From contig NC_068986.1 of NCBI RefSeq assembly GCF_001194135.2, positions 6,295,260-6,359,259 of the forward strand: a stretch of 64,000 nt of DNA. Direction: 5' to 3'. A model generated the notes under the pieces. It did not search any database and was not told the DNA's origin. It worked only from the letters and a program-made list of their open reading frames with translations. Origin of the DNA: Octopus bimaculoides. Taxonomy: Eukaryota. Each line of letters starts with the position of its first letter. Position 1 is the stretch's first letter. Positions 1-12,580 of this stretch are shown here, piece by piece. The position numbers were made by a program, and so were the translations under genes.

Positions 1-2
1 TG

Positions 3-560
3 TATAGTTTTTTTATTAAACTTTACTATGTGGTTCTTCAAGATGGTTTTTACACTGGTCCCTATTGCATATGCAACCATTTCTTTCACCTGATTGTTGT
101 TCTCAGGGTTTTGGGTGGGTGTGGTCCAGCCACTCCAGCGCTCTGTGGTGCTTTTCTTCACTGAAGTGATGGTGGGTGGTCTTCCCCTCAGTGACCTGAA
201 GGGGCAGAATCTACTGACTTCATGGTCATCTAAATAGTCATTGTCGTAGCTTAGTCTGAGGAGGAAGCCCAGTTCCCTCGTGTTGACCTTACAGAACTCC
301 ACTTCACTATCACAGATTACCTGAATACATTTCTCCACAGCAAAATCTATGTCTATAGATGGGTAGAGTGAAATCACATCCATTTTACCCACTACACAAC
401 CTAAGAGGTCGTTGGAGTAGTTGCAAGTACTGATTTTACTGAGGAGATCTTCCGTGCTCACACAGACATCTGGAGACATCTCTATGAGAGGTCGTAATAC
501 CTGTGAGAGGAAGTAGGACAGTCTATAGTTGCTGGAGATATTCGCTCTGCAAACTGCAGA
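3..560 (-). mobile_element. Penelope-like element (PLE) reverse transcriptase fragment, open frame running off the window start
   Basis: Manual translation, no stop over ~185 codons: AVCRANISSNYRLSYFLSQVLRPLIEMSPDVCVSTEDLLSKI...VVGKMDVISLYPSIDIDFAVEKC...LKNHIVKFNKK. DVxSLYPSI and NHxxxFN match PLE RT motifs. The upstream end is cut by a (TACA)n tract. Confidence 0.8.
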
Positions 561-645
561 ATGCATACATACAAATATATATACACACACACATACATAC
601 ATACATACATACATGCATACATACATACATACATACATACATACA

Positions 646-681
<36 letters not shown>

Positions 682-1630
682 TATATTATCANNNNNNNNN
701 NNNNNNNNNNNNNNNNNNNNNNNNNNNNNNNNNNNNNNNNNNNNNNNNNNNNNNNNNNNNNNNNNNNNNNNNNNNNNNNNNNNNNNNNNNNNNNNNNNNN
801 NNNNNNNNNNNNNNNNNNNNNNNNNNNNNNNNNNNNNNNNNNNNNNNNNNNNNNNNNNNNNNNNNNNNNNNNNNNNNNNNNNNNNNNNNNNNNNNNNNNN
901 NNNNNNNNNNNNNNNNNNNNNNNNNNNNNNNNNNNNNNNNNNNNNNNNNNNNNNNNNNNNNNNNNNNNNNNNNNNNNNNNNNNNNNNNNNNNNNNNNNNN
1001 NNNNNNNNNNNNNNNNNNNNNNNNNNNNNNNNNNNNNNNNNNNNNNNNNNNNNNNNNNNNNNNNNNNNNNNNNNNNNNNNNNNNNNNNNNNNNNNNNNNN
1101 NNNNNNNNNNNNNNNNNNNNNNNNNNNNNNNNNNNNNNNNNNNNNNNNNNNNNNNNNNNNNNNNNNNNNNNNNNNNNNNNNNNNNNNNNNNNNNNNNNNN
1201 NNNNNNNNNNNNNNNNNNNNNNNNNNNNNNNNNNNNNNNNNNNNNNNNNNNNNNNNNNNNNNNNNNNNNNNNNNNNNNNNNNNNNNNNNNNNNNNNNNNN
1301 NNNNNNNNNNNNNNNNNNNNNNNNNNNNNNNNNNNNNNNNNNNNNNNNNNNNNNNNNNNNNNNNNNNNNNNNNNNNNNNNNNNNNNNNNNNNNNNNNNNN
1401 NNNNNNNNNNNNNNNNNNNNNNNNNNNNNNNNNNNNNNNNNNNNNNNNNAGTTGCAAGTACTGATTTTACTGAGGAGATCTTCCGTGCTCACACAGACAT
1501 CTGGAGACATCTCTATGAGAGGTCGTAATACCTGTGAGAGGAAGTAGGACAGTCTATAGTTGCTGGAGATATTCGCTCTGCAAACTGCAGAATGCATACA
1601 TACAAATATATATACACACACACATACATA
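419..1630 (+). repeat. Identical ~181-bp duplication (419-599 and 1450-1630) flanking an N gap
   Basis: Base-for-base identity on both sides of the gap; the copies differ only where the TACA tract begins. Probably an assembly or haplotype overlap. Confidence 0.85.
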
Positions 1631-1631
1631 T

Positions 1632-1798
1632 ATACGACGGGCTTCTTTCAGTTTCCGTCTACCAAATCCACTCACAAGGCTTTGGTCGGCCCGAGGCTAT
1701 AGTAGAAGACACTTGCCCAAGATGCCACACAGTGGGACTGAACCCGGGACCATGTGGTTGGTAAGCTAGCTACTTACCACACAGCCACTCCTATGCCT
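1632..1798 (-). mobile_element. tRNA-derived SINE family A, 5' half
   Basis: Reverse complement has A-box TGGCTGTGTGG and B-box GGTTCAGTCCC, then the ccttgggcaag segment; many copies in the window. Confidence 0.85.
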
Positions 1799-2664
1799 AA
1801 AACTGTCTTAACTCAGGAAATCACAGAATGGAACTAGATATAACGTGATTGACCCAGAGATTGAACTCACACCTATTAACCCATTAGTGTACCCTCCAAT
1901 TAACCAACGCTTATATCCACTCACCCATTCTCCCTAGCAATGCACCCTGGTGTTGCCTGGGTGTTTGATCCACAGCCACATTGTATTATTTGTTCCTTTC
2001 TTATGGAAGAACTGGCACACGAGGAGTATGAAGCAAACAACGCTTCTTCATAAACATGGTTTTTGGTCATTTTCTGATGAACGACATTGCAATTTCCATC
2101 TACCAAATTCAGTCGCAAGTCTGTGGTTAGCCTAGGGCTATAGTAAAAAACACTTGCCCAAGGTACCATGCAGAGGGACTGAATGTGGAACCATGTGGTT
2201 GGGAAGCAAATTTCTCAACCGCACAGTCATTCTTGCACCTAATATGTGTATGTGTGTGTGTTTAAGTTTGTTGTTAAATCTAGTATTGTGTCCCACTATG
2301 TCTCAAAGTTATCAGTTCATCAACCAGAGATCTATAAAATAAATGCCAGATTGAAATACATACTGAGGTCAGGATGATCAATTAAATTTTTGAAGTTGAT
2401 ACTCGTCATCGTGACAGTCAAAAGACCAAGTCCAGCAAAATAATATTTAAAGACTTAATGGCTTCAAATTTAAGATAATGAGTTCAAAACTTCATATTGA
2501 ACTTCCACTCTGTATGGTAATAGTATATGTGCATCTCAGTCTACTTGACTTCCAACAATTAATAATTGTAATTTGAAGTTGAATGGTTAGTAGGAAGAAA
2601 GATGTCTAGATTTCTTAAATTATTGTGCAAAATATTCTGAAAAAAGTATTTTTTCCACCACAAC

Positions 2665-2701
<37 letters not shown>

Positions 2702-3087
2702 GTGTGTCTGTGGTAACTTGAGCTACTACAAATTGCATCCAAATCTCTCTTAAAACACGCCCTTTCATCAAAAGAAAGACACAGATTTACAGTATTTCAG
2801 GAAGTAAAAAAACTACACAATGGGTCTGCTACATCAGAGGCAACTCTGGGCTAAACAAAACATACTTCACATTAAAGGGTTATCTACTGAATAATACTAA
2901 TAAAGCTGATGGTATATCTTTGAAGTTTTATTCCCTGGTAAAATTCCACATAGATTGTTCAGGTAGAGTTGCCTCCCTTAGCAACAGACCTCAGAATTGT
3001 GCTCCAGCAAGGCCGCAGTCAAATGACTGAAACAAGCAAAAGAATAAAAGAATGTATGTATGTACCTATATGTAATATTCTTTTGTG

Positions 3088-3288
3088 TTCTAGGCCTGAA
3101 ATTTTGGGGGAGAGAGCCAGTCAATTAGATCGATCCCAGTATGCAACTGCTACTTAATTTATCGACCCTGAAAGGATGAAAGGCAAAGTCAACCTGGGTG
3201 GAATTTGAACTCAGAACGTAAAGACAGATGAGATACTACTAAGCATTTTGCCCAGCGTACTAAAGTTTCTGCCAGCTTCTGCGCCTTA
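3088..3288 (-). mobile_element. tRNA-derived SINE family C (variant tail)
   Basis: gaatttgaactcagaacg B-box complement and gaaaggatgaaaggcaaagtc body shared with about ten copies. Confidence 0.8.
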
Positions 3289-3304
3289 TCTATATGTAAT
3301 ATTG

Positions 3305-3720
3305 TAGCCACATGTTTTCAGATTCAGTCCCACTGCATGCCACCTTGGGCAAGTGTCTTCTACTGATGAAAGCCTTGTGAATGGATTTGGTAGATCGTAA
3401 CAGAAAGAAGTTAGTCATATGTGTATATGCATATGAATGTATTTGGGTTAATGAGTGTGTTTGTCTGTGTGCATGAATGTGTGTTTGCTTGGTTGTTTGT
3501 GTCTGTTTGCCTTGTTAGTATGTGATGGTTGCAAATAAAGTGTTGCCGTCAAGCAAGTGGTGTTGTACATTCCCAACCTTCTACAGAAACAGAGAAACAG
3601 GTGAGTGTTGAGTGACTGGAAAGACATCTGGTCATTGAAAATCTGCCTTAACAAATTCTGTCTGAGCCATGCAAACATGGAAAAGTAGACATTAAACAAT
3701 GATGATGAGGATGAGGATGA
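3305..3720 (+). mobile_element. SINE family E: family-A-type head with RTE-type (GAT)n tail
   Basis: ccttgggcaagtgtcttctact head, central GT tract, ending catgcaaacatggaaaagtagacattaaac(aat)gatgat; related copies at 31500-31765, 43505-43830, 56455-56660. Confidence 0.65.
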
Positions 3721-4684
3721 CATGTGCTTGTGTCTGTGTGTGCATGTATATATCAATAACTATATCTAAATATTTGTCTATCTATCTATCTATCTAATAT
3801 ATATATATGAATATGTTTATATAGGCTTATACATAATTTATGCTTTGATGTATGAAAACGCTATCTATAAATCTGTCATTACTGCATATTTATTTAAAAC
3901 TAAAAGCAGATCAAACAATTATATTGATTATCTGAAGAAAGCCAGAACGGCTCACATAAATAAATATATTAAATAAATATGTAAATAAATAGAATTTCCA
4001 AATGAGATCCTTGTCATATTGTAAATGATTCTAGAGAGATTTCTGATGAATTCCCTCTCATGTTATCCATATTAACTAAATAGATTATTCTAAAAAAAAG
4101 CTTGGTAAAAGACATATAAAGGAATATACAACTAAGTATTTAGATGACTCAATATGTGTAACTGCATCTGTAGTTGTATCCCTTACCCTGTAAACTATCA
4201 TATTTTACTGTTTAATTCCTTGTAACAGCTTCTACCTGGCAATAAATATATGGTGTGACTGTTTTAACAAAAGTTGTTACATCAGACCTGTTCTCTGTTT
4301 ATTAGTTGCAATTTTTGTTTGGCCTGCTATCTGTTTATTAGTTGCAACTTTTGTTTAATGATCTATATTCTACATATGTGTAAGTAAAATGCATAATGTA
4401 TATGGATAGATATATCACCATGATCATCATTGTTTGATGTCTGCCTTCCATGCTGGCATGAGTGGGACAATTTGACAGAAGCCGGCCAAGCAGAAGTTGG
4501 CCAGGCAGAAGCCTGCACCAGACTACTGTGTCTATACACACATACATACACACACGCACATGCGTGTTTTTTATAGCCTTCTATATGTTCGATATACAGA
4601 TTTCAGGAAGCGGTAGATAGACACAACTGTCTTCACATAACATACTTCATTTTACTCCAATACACACACACACACACACACACA

Positions 4685-4736
<52 letters not shown>

Positions 4737-4846
4737 TACATACAAAGAAGCATACATATATACACACACATTTAGTTGGAGTTCAGTCTTATGTTCTTTT
4801 CTATGTTCAACCACTCATATACATTCATGCATACATATATGCATTC

Positions 4847-5208
4847 AGTGGCACGTAAATAGCACCCTTTGAGCGTAATCGTTACCAGTGTCGCCTTCCT
4901 GGCACGTGAAAAGACATTCGAGCGAGGTCATTGCCAGTGCCGCCAGACTGGCTCCTATGCAGGTGGCACATAAAATACACCATTTTGAGCATGGCTGGTG
5001 TCAGTACCACCTCACTAGCCTTCGTGCCGGTGGCACGTAAAAGAACCCACTACAATCCCAGAGTGGTGGGCATTAGGAAGGGCATCCAGCTGTAGAAACT
5101 CTGCCAAATCAGATTAGAGCCTGGCGTAGCCATCTGGTTTGCCAGTCCTCAGTTAAATCGTCCAACCCATGCTAGCATGGAAAGCAGACGTTAAACGATG
5201 ATGATGAT
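4847..5208 (+). mobile_element. RTE-clade LINE 3' UTR (repeat family B), 5'-truncated
   Basis: Internal gtgccggtggcacgtaaaa units, ggaagggcatccagctgtagaaac block, catgctagcatggaaagcagacgttaaac(gat)n tail. Confidence 0.8.
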
Positions 5209-5334
5209 ACATACATACATACATACATACATACATACATACATACGTACATACATACATACATACATACATACATACATACATAAATACATACATACAT
5301 AAATACATACATACATACATAAATACCCAGATAA

Positions 5335-5445
5335 TAAATCTACATTCATACCAATAATAATTAGTGCACTGGGGTTGGTGAGTAATTGTCTTAGTGACAA
5401 TCTGGGTAAACTAGAGTTTTCAGAGAAAGAAATCAATCATCTCTC
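5335..5445 (+). mobile_element. REL-type non-LTR retrotransposon C-terminal fragment after a (TACA)n tract
   Basis: KSTFIPIIISALGLVSNCLSDNLGKLEFSEKE, homologous to FRFIPVIIGTL...NLEKLGFS at ~57720. Confidence 0.6.
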
Positions 5446-5724
5446 ACATTATAAACACACTTGTAAGTGGAACAGTAAAAATAGGCAAGACCTTTCTCAA
5501 GTTTAAAATGTGACTTTGTTTTTGTTATCTACATTCCAACAAAGGGGCTTTGTGTCTTTGTTTGAAAAAAGCTCCTACCTCAGAGGAAGAATTTAAATAA
5601 TTGAAACCAGAAGAGAATATATATATTTATATCTGTACAATATCAAAGCAAAAAACTGGAAAAATTTGGTGTATTCTTAATTTCAACATTTAATAATGCC
5701 ATACAGTAGTTGGAGCAAAGATAG

Positions 5725-5885
5725 CATCTCAAGATAGTTACAATACCAGTGATTGTAGGAGCACTTGAATGATCAGTAAAAGAACTGAAAATTATTTGAA
5801 AATGATCCCTGGATTACCATTCATGCAGGAAGCACAAAAGATTGTATTAACTGATACATCACCCGTACTGAGAAGAGTTTTGTTG
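5725..5885 (+). mobile_element. R4/Dong-like 3' ORF fragment
   Basis: LKIVTIPVIVGAL...ENYLKMIPGLPFMQEAQKIVLTDTSPVLRRVL matches the C-terminus at 11303-11563. Confidence 0.7.
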
Positions 5886-6504
5886 TGAATTTTCTTTCCT
5901 TCTTTGCCCTTTTCTTTGTTTACTTTTATATTTTATATTTTTTCTTTTTCTCTTTGTTTTTCTTCCCCATTTTTCTATCACATGACTTTGTAAATGAACA
6001 ATCTGGTGTGATTATTTTAATGGCCTACAAATGTATACAGTGCATGTCTCTGCCATAGGTGTCAGGAAGGTACTTGACAAGAAAAGGAAACAGAATTGAA
6101 AGAAGATCATGATGAAAGTGATTATAATAATGATAATAATTAACGGAACCCATAATGAAACCAAGTAAAAGAACAGCAGAAGGATAATCATAAATACTAT
6201 AAAATAGTTGATTTAGGAGTCACACACACACTACTATGCAACACCCCTCCATACAAGAATAAACTCATACCGAAAATACCCAACAAAATGAACAAAACCG
6301 ACAACATGTGCCATAGAAGGCCGATACCTGACAGAAGAACACAACCTGCACTACGCAAACAACACACACGATAAAAACTAATACAACGGAAAACTCAAAC
6401 AAAACCCCACACTAGAACATACTGATACAATACAATATCCCACACTACCAAAAAAAAAAAATGCAGTACACCCCACCCCACCAGCACAGAGGTGCAACAA
6501 ATGA

Positions 6505-8110
6505 TGCAATAGAAAATTTCTTGAGACTTTCAGATGCTGAGAAATAATAGTGGTGATGACGACGGTGCTGGACGTTACCTTACCTCAGTTTATGAGAGAC
6601 AGGAGTTTCTGAAAGACTCTGGTTGTAACAGTGAAAATGAAGCTGGACCTTTAAGGGTAGGTCTCTTGCTCGGCAGTGGATCAGTAAAGATGCAGACTGA
6701 CCACAGCTGTCATCCTAATGCAGCATCAGCAGATAATAGAACAAAGAGGAGGAAGCAGACCAGCAAAGAAAACAGGATGGTGATTCAGTGCTACTTAGAA
6801 AGTGAACCTAAAAGAAGAGGCTATAGAAAACGGATGTTAACACTTTGGGTTGAGAAGAGTATGTTCAAAGTGACTGAGGAGAGATTAGTTGATCAAGCTA
6901 ATGCTATTAGGAAAAGAAAGTGGACGACAGAATTGGAGGTAGAAGAGATCACAAGAGAACTGGAAAAGAAAGACCAGCAGTGGGAAAGACAAACAACAAA
7001 AGAGATACATCTCAAATTAAAGAAGAACCTAAAGAAAAAAATAATAATAGTGCTACCAATAAAGAAGGGATAACTGGTACCAACGACTTAAGTGATTTAA
7101 TTGAGGAAGATCAGAAGATTTCAGGTGAGTTGTAGGAAGTAATGAGTAAAGAAGTAAGAAAAAGATTGCCAGCCTTAAAAGACACCAACAGAAGGAAGCT
7201 AAAAGAAATGACTAGGAAAGTAGACCGTTATCAGGAGGATAGATACTAAAAATATAGAAGACACCAACTTATTGCTCTATGCAGGAGGAGTAGCAGTCAC
7301 CAGAAGATTAGATATCTTACAGGGAAAAATTAAAAAAGAGTGGAAAAGAAGACTACAAAATAAAGTGAAGACTTTAAGACAAGATCTGAGTGGAATAGAA
7401 ACCTGGAGACTCAACAAGTTAGGAAACACAAGATGCAAATCTTCCCTCGAGGAAAGACATTTAGTCAAAGAGAAAGGATTTGGGACAGTAATAGAAGAGT
7501 TGAAACCGCGTACCATAGCAGTAGCTGGGAAGCTCTCCAGATATCAGAAAAGAATAGATCAGTATCAACAGAATAGATTATTTGACACAGACCAGAGGAA
7601 TTTTATAACTAAATAAATAGTGGAGAATGAAGTACTAAAGATGAGAAACCTAATGCAGGGGAAGCTAGAAAGTTCTGGAGAAATATTTGGGATAAATCAG
7701 TCAATCATAATAAAGATGCAGTATGGTTAAAGAAAGTGAGAGAAGAAGTAATGAGGGAAGCAGCCAGATTTAAGACTAACTAGTGCATTAATGAGTAAAG
7801 TGTTAGGAAAAATGCCAAATTGGAAGGGCCCAGGACAGGATTTAGTTCAAGGGTACTGGCTAAAGAAATTCAGTAGTTTACATGGGAGGCTGAAGGAACA
7901 AGGACAAATACATAGCCAAAACACTAGGACTTTTGAATGTATCTAACATACAGAAAATATATGTAAGATGTGTGTGGCATCTAGGCACCGCACACATCCT
8001 ATGTAAAGCACTTTCAGTACAGTGAAAATAGAAGCACCAAAACAAACCACAGCACATATCCAAGGCACATAGAGCTGCGCTCAGTCATGCAGTGAAAGCA
8101 TGTGATAAAG
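6505..8110 (+). mobile_element. R4/Dong-like non-LTR retrotransposon, internally deleted (N-terminus plus RT start fused to the extreme C-terminus)
   Basis: ENRMVIQCYLESEPKRRGYRKRMLTLW...TEERLVDQANAIRKRKW; WKRRLQNKVKTLRQDLS...QQNRLFDTDQ; MPNWKGPGQDLVQGYWLKKF; at ~7900 jumps to KYIAKTLGLLNVSNIQK...LGTAHILCKALS, then 3' UTR and (AAT)n. Frameshifts and stops present. Confidence 0.85.
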
Positions 8111-8119
8111 ATAAGACTA

Positions 8120-8146
8120 CTGAATAATAATAATAATAATAATAAC

Positions 8147-8195
<49 letters not shown>

Positions 8196-8320
8196 TTAAT
8201 AATAATAATAATAAGAAGAAGAAGAATAACAATAAAAATAATGATAATAATAATAATAATAATAATAATAATATACGCAACAACAACAATAGCAACAATA
8301 ACATAACTGCTAAGACCAAA
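8120..8320 (+). repeat. (AAT)n/(AAC)n/(AAG)n microsatellite, tail or target of the upstream element
   Basis: Direct reading; explains the poly-N/poly-I/poly-L ORFs. Confidence 0.95.
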
Positions 8321-9549
8321 TAACAATACCTTCAAGTGTTAAACAAATACCATATTATCATACAATGTCCTATATACACTACAGTCATTTAGGAGATGTA
8401 AGAGATCTGGAGAAGAAACAGAAATTGCGGAGACAAAAATTAAAAGGAAGAACATTACTGGCTAGAGTTGATTAATAATAAATAATTGAATTTCTCTGAA
8501 AGGGAAATAGAATGGCTCAACGAAAGAAGATATGATGAAAATAACACAAAACTGTCCAAAAGCCAAAAATAAGATAAGCTTATTTAATTTCATTAATGAA
8601 GGCATCACAAAGGAGCTAAACATATAGGGAAAATGACTGAACAAAAATACAAAAATTTTCACAAGATAAAGCAAAAGACAGATGCAGGGACAGTGAATAA
8701 CTTGTTAGGTAAAGACATAGATAGGGGATGAAACTAGTTGATATTGAAAATACAAGATTTTGAAAGATTTGGGGTCTGTGATAGCAGTATCAGTATAAGA
8801 TGAATGTCAGAGTTAAGTAGAGTTACGATAGTTGAAATAAACTGATGATGTGTACTTTGAAAGAAGGTGAAGTAAGATGGATGTCCTCAATATAAAAAGA
8901 TATATCATTGGAAATTTGTTGTTGATTATAAGAGCTTGGAGAGTGGAAGAGGAAGTAGAGGAGAAGGGAACTTTGAGCTACAGTAACTGGAATATTTAGC
9001 TGCTGATAGCTGGGCCAGAGTATTGAGTGGCAGGGAGAATGGAAGTTACATATGTACAAATGACTTCATTATTCAGACTGAAATTTGAGTTTAGTCTGGA
9101 CAGCAGAAATGGGTTATAAATAATGGCTGACAGATTTATGTTTCATAGAGGAATAGCATGTGAAGTTGGCATATAAGAAGCCATGCTGGGTTTAGGTTGG
9201 ATTGGAGTTCAAAGATGTTAGTGGAACAGAGAAGCAATTTGCTTTCAGATTTAGAACTCTAAACATTAAGCAGTATATACATAATGCACAAGGTGTGTCA
9301 GAAGCTGTGACATATTGCCAAAAGGTATGGGTATGGCAGGTCAACTTCTCACTCCTCTCCTATCTATGACATGACTTGACAGTCTTCATAATGCTTGAAA
9401 TGCTTGAAAGTCCTTGCACCAAATATAATAAAAGGAACACAGAAAACATAATTGGTATTTATACTTTTTATAATATACATGAGTTTCAGAAGATAGGTAA
9501 AATGTCAATTACATGAACTTAAATACCCATTTATATGAAATACAGCCTA

Positions 9550-10480
9550 CCTTCTTCATTAGTATTATTGGTAAAAATACAACACAAAGAAGAAGGCATC
9601 CCCATCAAAATTGTTCTTCCAGATTCTGATAGGGCATTTTCCCCTCATCATATATACCATAACATCTTCAATAGAAACACTATTATGTTATCTAACTCCA
9701 CCAAACTGAGCCTTACTACCATTATTGCAGCCTCTAATAAGTGCAGACATGTGAGATACAAAGCCAGGATTACTGCCAGGGCTGGAGCTGATCACTCCAT
9801 TAATGTCTCTGGAGTCTGTACCACTTCCAAACAAGCACATTGTGAAATACACGATGTAGAAACCCACAGCATTGGGTTCAGGGAAGTGTGTAGATTTCAC
9901 CACTCTGAGCAGATCTGGACTTCCTACCCAGGATTGTGCTAACCAAACTATTTCTCTGCCATATTCTACTTTGGGTGAAGTGAGGGCTGGACCATTGGAC
10001 TCTTGGTCCAGGGCTCACCATCCTGTAGTTGAAACTGTAAGGTCCCCATCAAATGCTACCTAGCTAGCTACTACATTTAGAATAACATGTATAAGTTCAT
10101 GGGGAAGACTGCTAATTGTAGCAGGTTTTGCATCAGTACCATTGTAAACCCCGGGAATCCTTTTTCCAAGGAACGCTTGTGCATAGTTTAGGTTCTCTGC
10201 TTCATCTGTGGAGTATGTCCATTCTCTAACAGAGAGAGAGTGAAGTTAACTATACTTTGCAACAGTTGGTTTGGGGATTGCCTGGTCCTACCAGAGAGGG
10301 AGATGTACCTGCACACACTGTACCAAGGAGGGATTGAAAATTACATATCTAACAGTAACTCTTTACTTAATAAGCAGAATGAAGAAGGATTGTTTAGTGC
10401 TCATAGGAAATCTCATACCTTTTAACTCTACAAAGTGGGTTCTAGCAGTAACTATGACAGGACAGGCTAACCATCAGCCC
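9550..10480 (-). pseudogene. Decayed ~300-codon coding relic of unknown origin (possible endogenous viral element or processed pseudogene)
   Basis: One minus-strand frame with only scattered stops: ...EWTYSTDEAENLNYAQAFLGKRIPGVYNGTDAKPATISSLPHELIHVILNVVAS*VAFDGDLTVSTTGW*ALDQ...SWVGSPDLLRVVKSTHFPEPNAVGFYIVYFTMCLFGSG...SSSPGSNPGFVSHMSALIRGC...; in-register antisense shadow ORF 9535-9942. Confidence 0.6.
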
Positions 10481-10962
10481 TTGCTTTGAGTATTTTGCTG
10501 ATATCTCTCCCACTGTGCTCTTGTATTGCTGAACATGCAGAATGTTCTTAGTTGTCTTTTGTCCTAGATCAGACTACCCTTTTATTCCTTCCCCACTTAT
10601 GCACATTTGTCTCCCTTTCCAACAGTTTTTGTCCACTCACTCTGCCTTCCCCTGAGATCTCTTGTTGGAACTTTGATTCACCCTTTCACCATTTTCAAAC
10701 ACTTTGCACACGTTACTGACCTTCTAGTACACCAAGCTGCTTAAACTTTATCCTTATTTGCAACATATGCCTAAATCTGTTTGATTTCCTTGATTCATCT
10801 GCCTGCCATCGGAACAGTTTGTGGACCATTTTTTATAATGGCTGGAGTTTAAGTAATCTACTATTCCCTAACTTACACAACTTTTACAATTATAATTATT
10901 TTTTTGCTATTTTCTATTATTATCATCATGATATGATAATTATTACCACTATTGTTAATGCT

Positions 10963-11011
<49 letters not shown>

Positions 11012-11028
11012 CCACCACCACCACCACC

Positions 11029-11109
<81 letters not shown>

Positions 11110-11110
11110 T
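10963..11110 (+). repeat. Compound (ATC)n(ACC)n(ATC)n microsatellite
   Basis: Direct reading; forms the (GAT)n tail of the minus-strand element at 11110-11690. Confidence 0.95.
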
Positions 11111-11690
11111 GTTTGACTTTTGCTTTGTATTTGTACAAGTTGACTCCAAGTCTCACCCAGAAACCTCAAGAGACAACAAGTTAGAAGTTCAAGTTGGTAT
11201 TATGCCTAGGGTGCCACATACTTGGTTTTGCACATAGTATTATTCTAGATAATGTTTAAGAAAATATAAGGAAATATTTTGAAATTTTTTTTAAATTTGA
11301 GATTACATAGACAGTATTTTACCTAGAATATGGGCATTTCCCATGAGCACTATCTTTTGAATTTCTGCCATTTCGGGGTTCCCTGGTATCTGAGCTTGGT
11401 AGAAATCAACCCCTTTTGCTATCATTCCTTGGGCACCTATGACAACAGGTATTGTTTTAGTCTTGAGGTTCCACATTTTGCCAATTTCTATTTCAAGATC
11501 TTTATACTTGCTCAGTTTTTGGTAGGTCTTGACAGATAAATTTATGTCAATTGGGACAGTCATATCAATGAGGAGGCATGATTTTTGTCTGAAGCCTTTC
11601 AGTATAATGTCTGGCCTATTTGCATCTATCTTTCTGTCAGTTTAAACAGTGAAGTTCCAGAGGAGTGAGATGTGATCATTTTTATTATTA
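11110..11690 (-). mobile_element. R4/Dong-like 3' fragment with REL endonuclease and 3' UTR
   Basis: LLWNFTV*TDRKIDANRPDIILK...CLLIDMTVPIDINLSVKTYQKLSKYKDLEIEIGKMWNLKTKTIPVVIGAQG...IQKIVLMGNAHILGKILS (PD...D motif). Confidence 0.85.
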
Positions 11691-11937
11691 TTATTATTAT
11701 TATNNNNNNNNNNNNNNNNNNNNNNNNNNNNNNNNNNNNNNNNNNNNNNNNNNNNNNNNNNNNNNNNNNNNNNNNNNNNNNNNNNNNNNNNNNNNNNNNN
11801 NNNNNNNNNNNNNNNNNNNNNNNNNNNNNNNNNNNNNNNNNNNNNNNNNNNNNNNNNNNNNNNNNNNNNNNNNNNNNNNNNNNNNNNNNNNNNNNNNNNN
11901 NNNNNNNNNNNNNNNNNNNNNNNNNNNNNNNNNNNNN

Positions 11938-12108
11938 AGGTAGTAATCAGCCCGTTTCGCTGTCATTCCCAGGGCACCTATGACAATAGGTATTGTTTTC
12001 ATCTTCAGATTCCACATTTTGCTAATTTCTATTTCAAGATCTTTATATTTGCTCAGTTTTTGGTAGGTCTTGACAGATACGTTTATATCGATTGGGACAG
12101 TCATATCA
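11938..12108 (-). mobile_element. Second, diverged copy of the same R4/Dong-like C-terminus
   Basis: DMTVPIDINVSVKTYQKLSKYKDLEIEISKMWNLKMKTIPIVIGALGMTAKRADYY; several substitutions relative to the 11303 copy. Confidence 0.8.
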
Positions 12109-12221
<113 letters not shown>

Positions 12222-12222
<1 letters not shown>

Positions 12223-12432
12223 GCCTTTACACAGTTTCTAATACAGCTGTTCACTACCAGTGAACTAAGGTAACACCTCTTATTTTTCAAGCACCTTCCA
12301 GGGTATTCGAGCGATTCCAAGCAGTGCTGTTTTCTGCAAGTGCTCCACCCTTATTGCAGCCCCTGTTTGTTCCACGTACTTATCGAGATTTTTGCTCACT
12401 GTTCCTAGGGCTCTGACAATTATTGGTACTAC
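12222..12432 (-). mobile_element. R4/Dong-like 3' end, third subfamily
   Basis: VVPIIVRALGTVSKNLDKYVEQTGAAIRVEHLQKTALLGIARIPWKVLEK*, then 3' UTR and (AAC/AAT)n. Confidence 0.75.
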
Positions 12433-12580
12433 TGCTTAGCAGCATTTCGTACATCTTTACATTCTGAGTGCAAATTCTACTGAGGTTGACTTTGCCTTTC
12501 ATCCCTGGGGTCAATCTAATCAACTTACCCGCTCTCAAAATTTCAGGTCCTGTACCTATATTAGAAAAGATCATTATCAT
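12433..12580 (+). mobile_element. SINE family C, degenerate
   Basis: ttctgagtgcaaattc...gactttgcctttcatcc body. Confidence 0.65.

Noticed and set aside
419-1630. Possible direct pLTR pair of the Penelope element
   Set aside because: The duplicated part is RT-coding, identical and abuts a gap, so an assembly overlap is more likely.
503-1675. Long ORFs spanning N gaps (also 17642-18440, 39641-40857, 51355-52047, 61205-61819)
   Set aside because: Their length comes from X residues and microsatellites; they are not genes.
4296-4357. Short local tandem duplication
   Set aside because: Ordinary slippage event with no further structure.
8014-8335. Poly-N, poly-L, poly-I, poly-D and poly-H ORFs (also 10819-11184, 48039-48239, 56243-56530)
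   Set aside because: Translations of triplet microsatellites.
8340-9240. Possible old LINE C-terminus (HIIIQCPIY) and further decayed LINE sequence
   Set aside because: Too degenerate to assign by eye.
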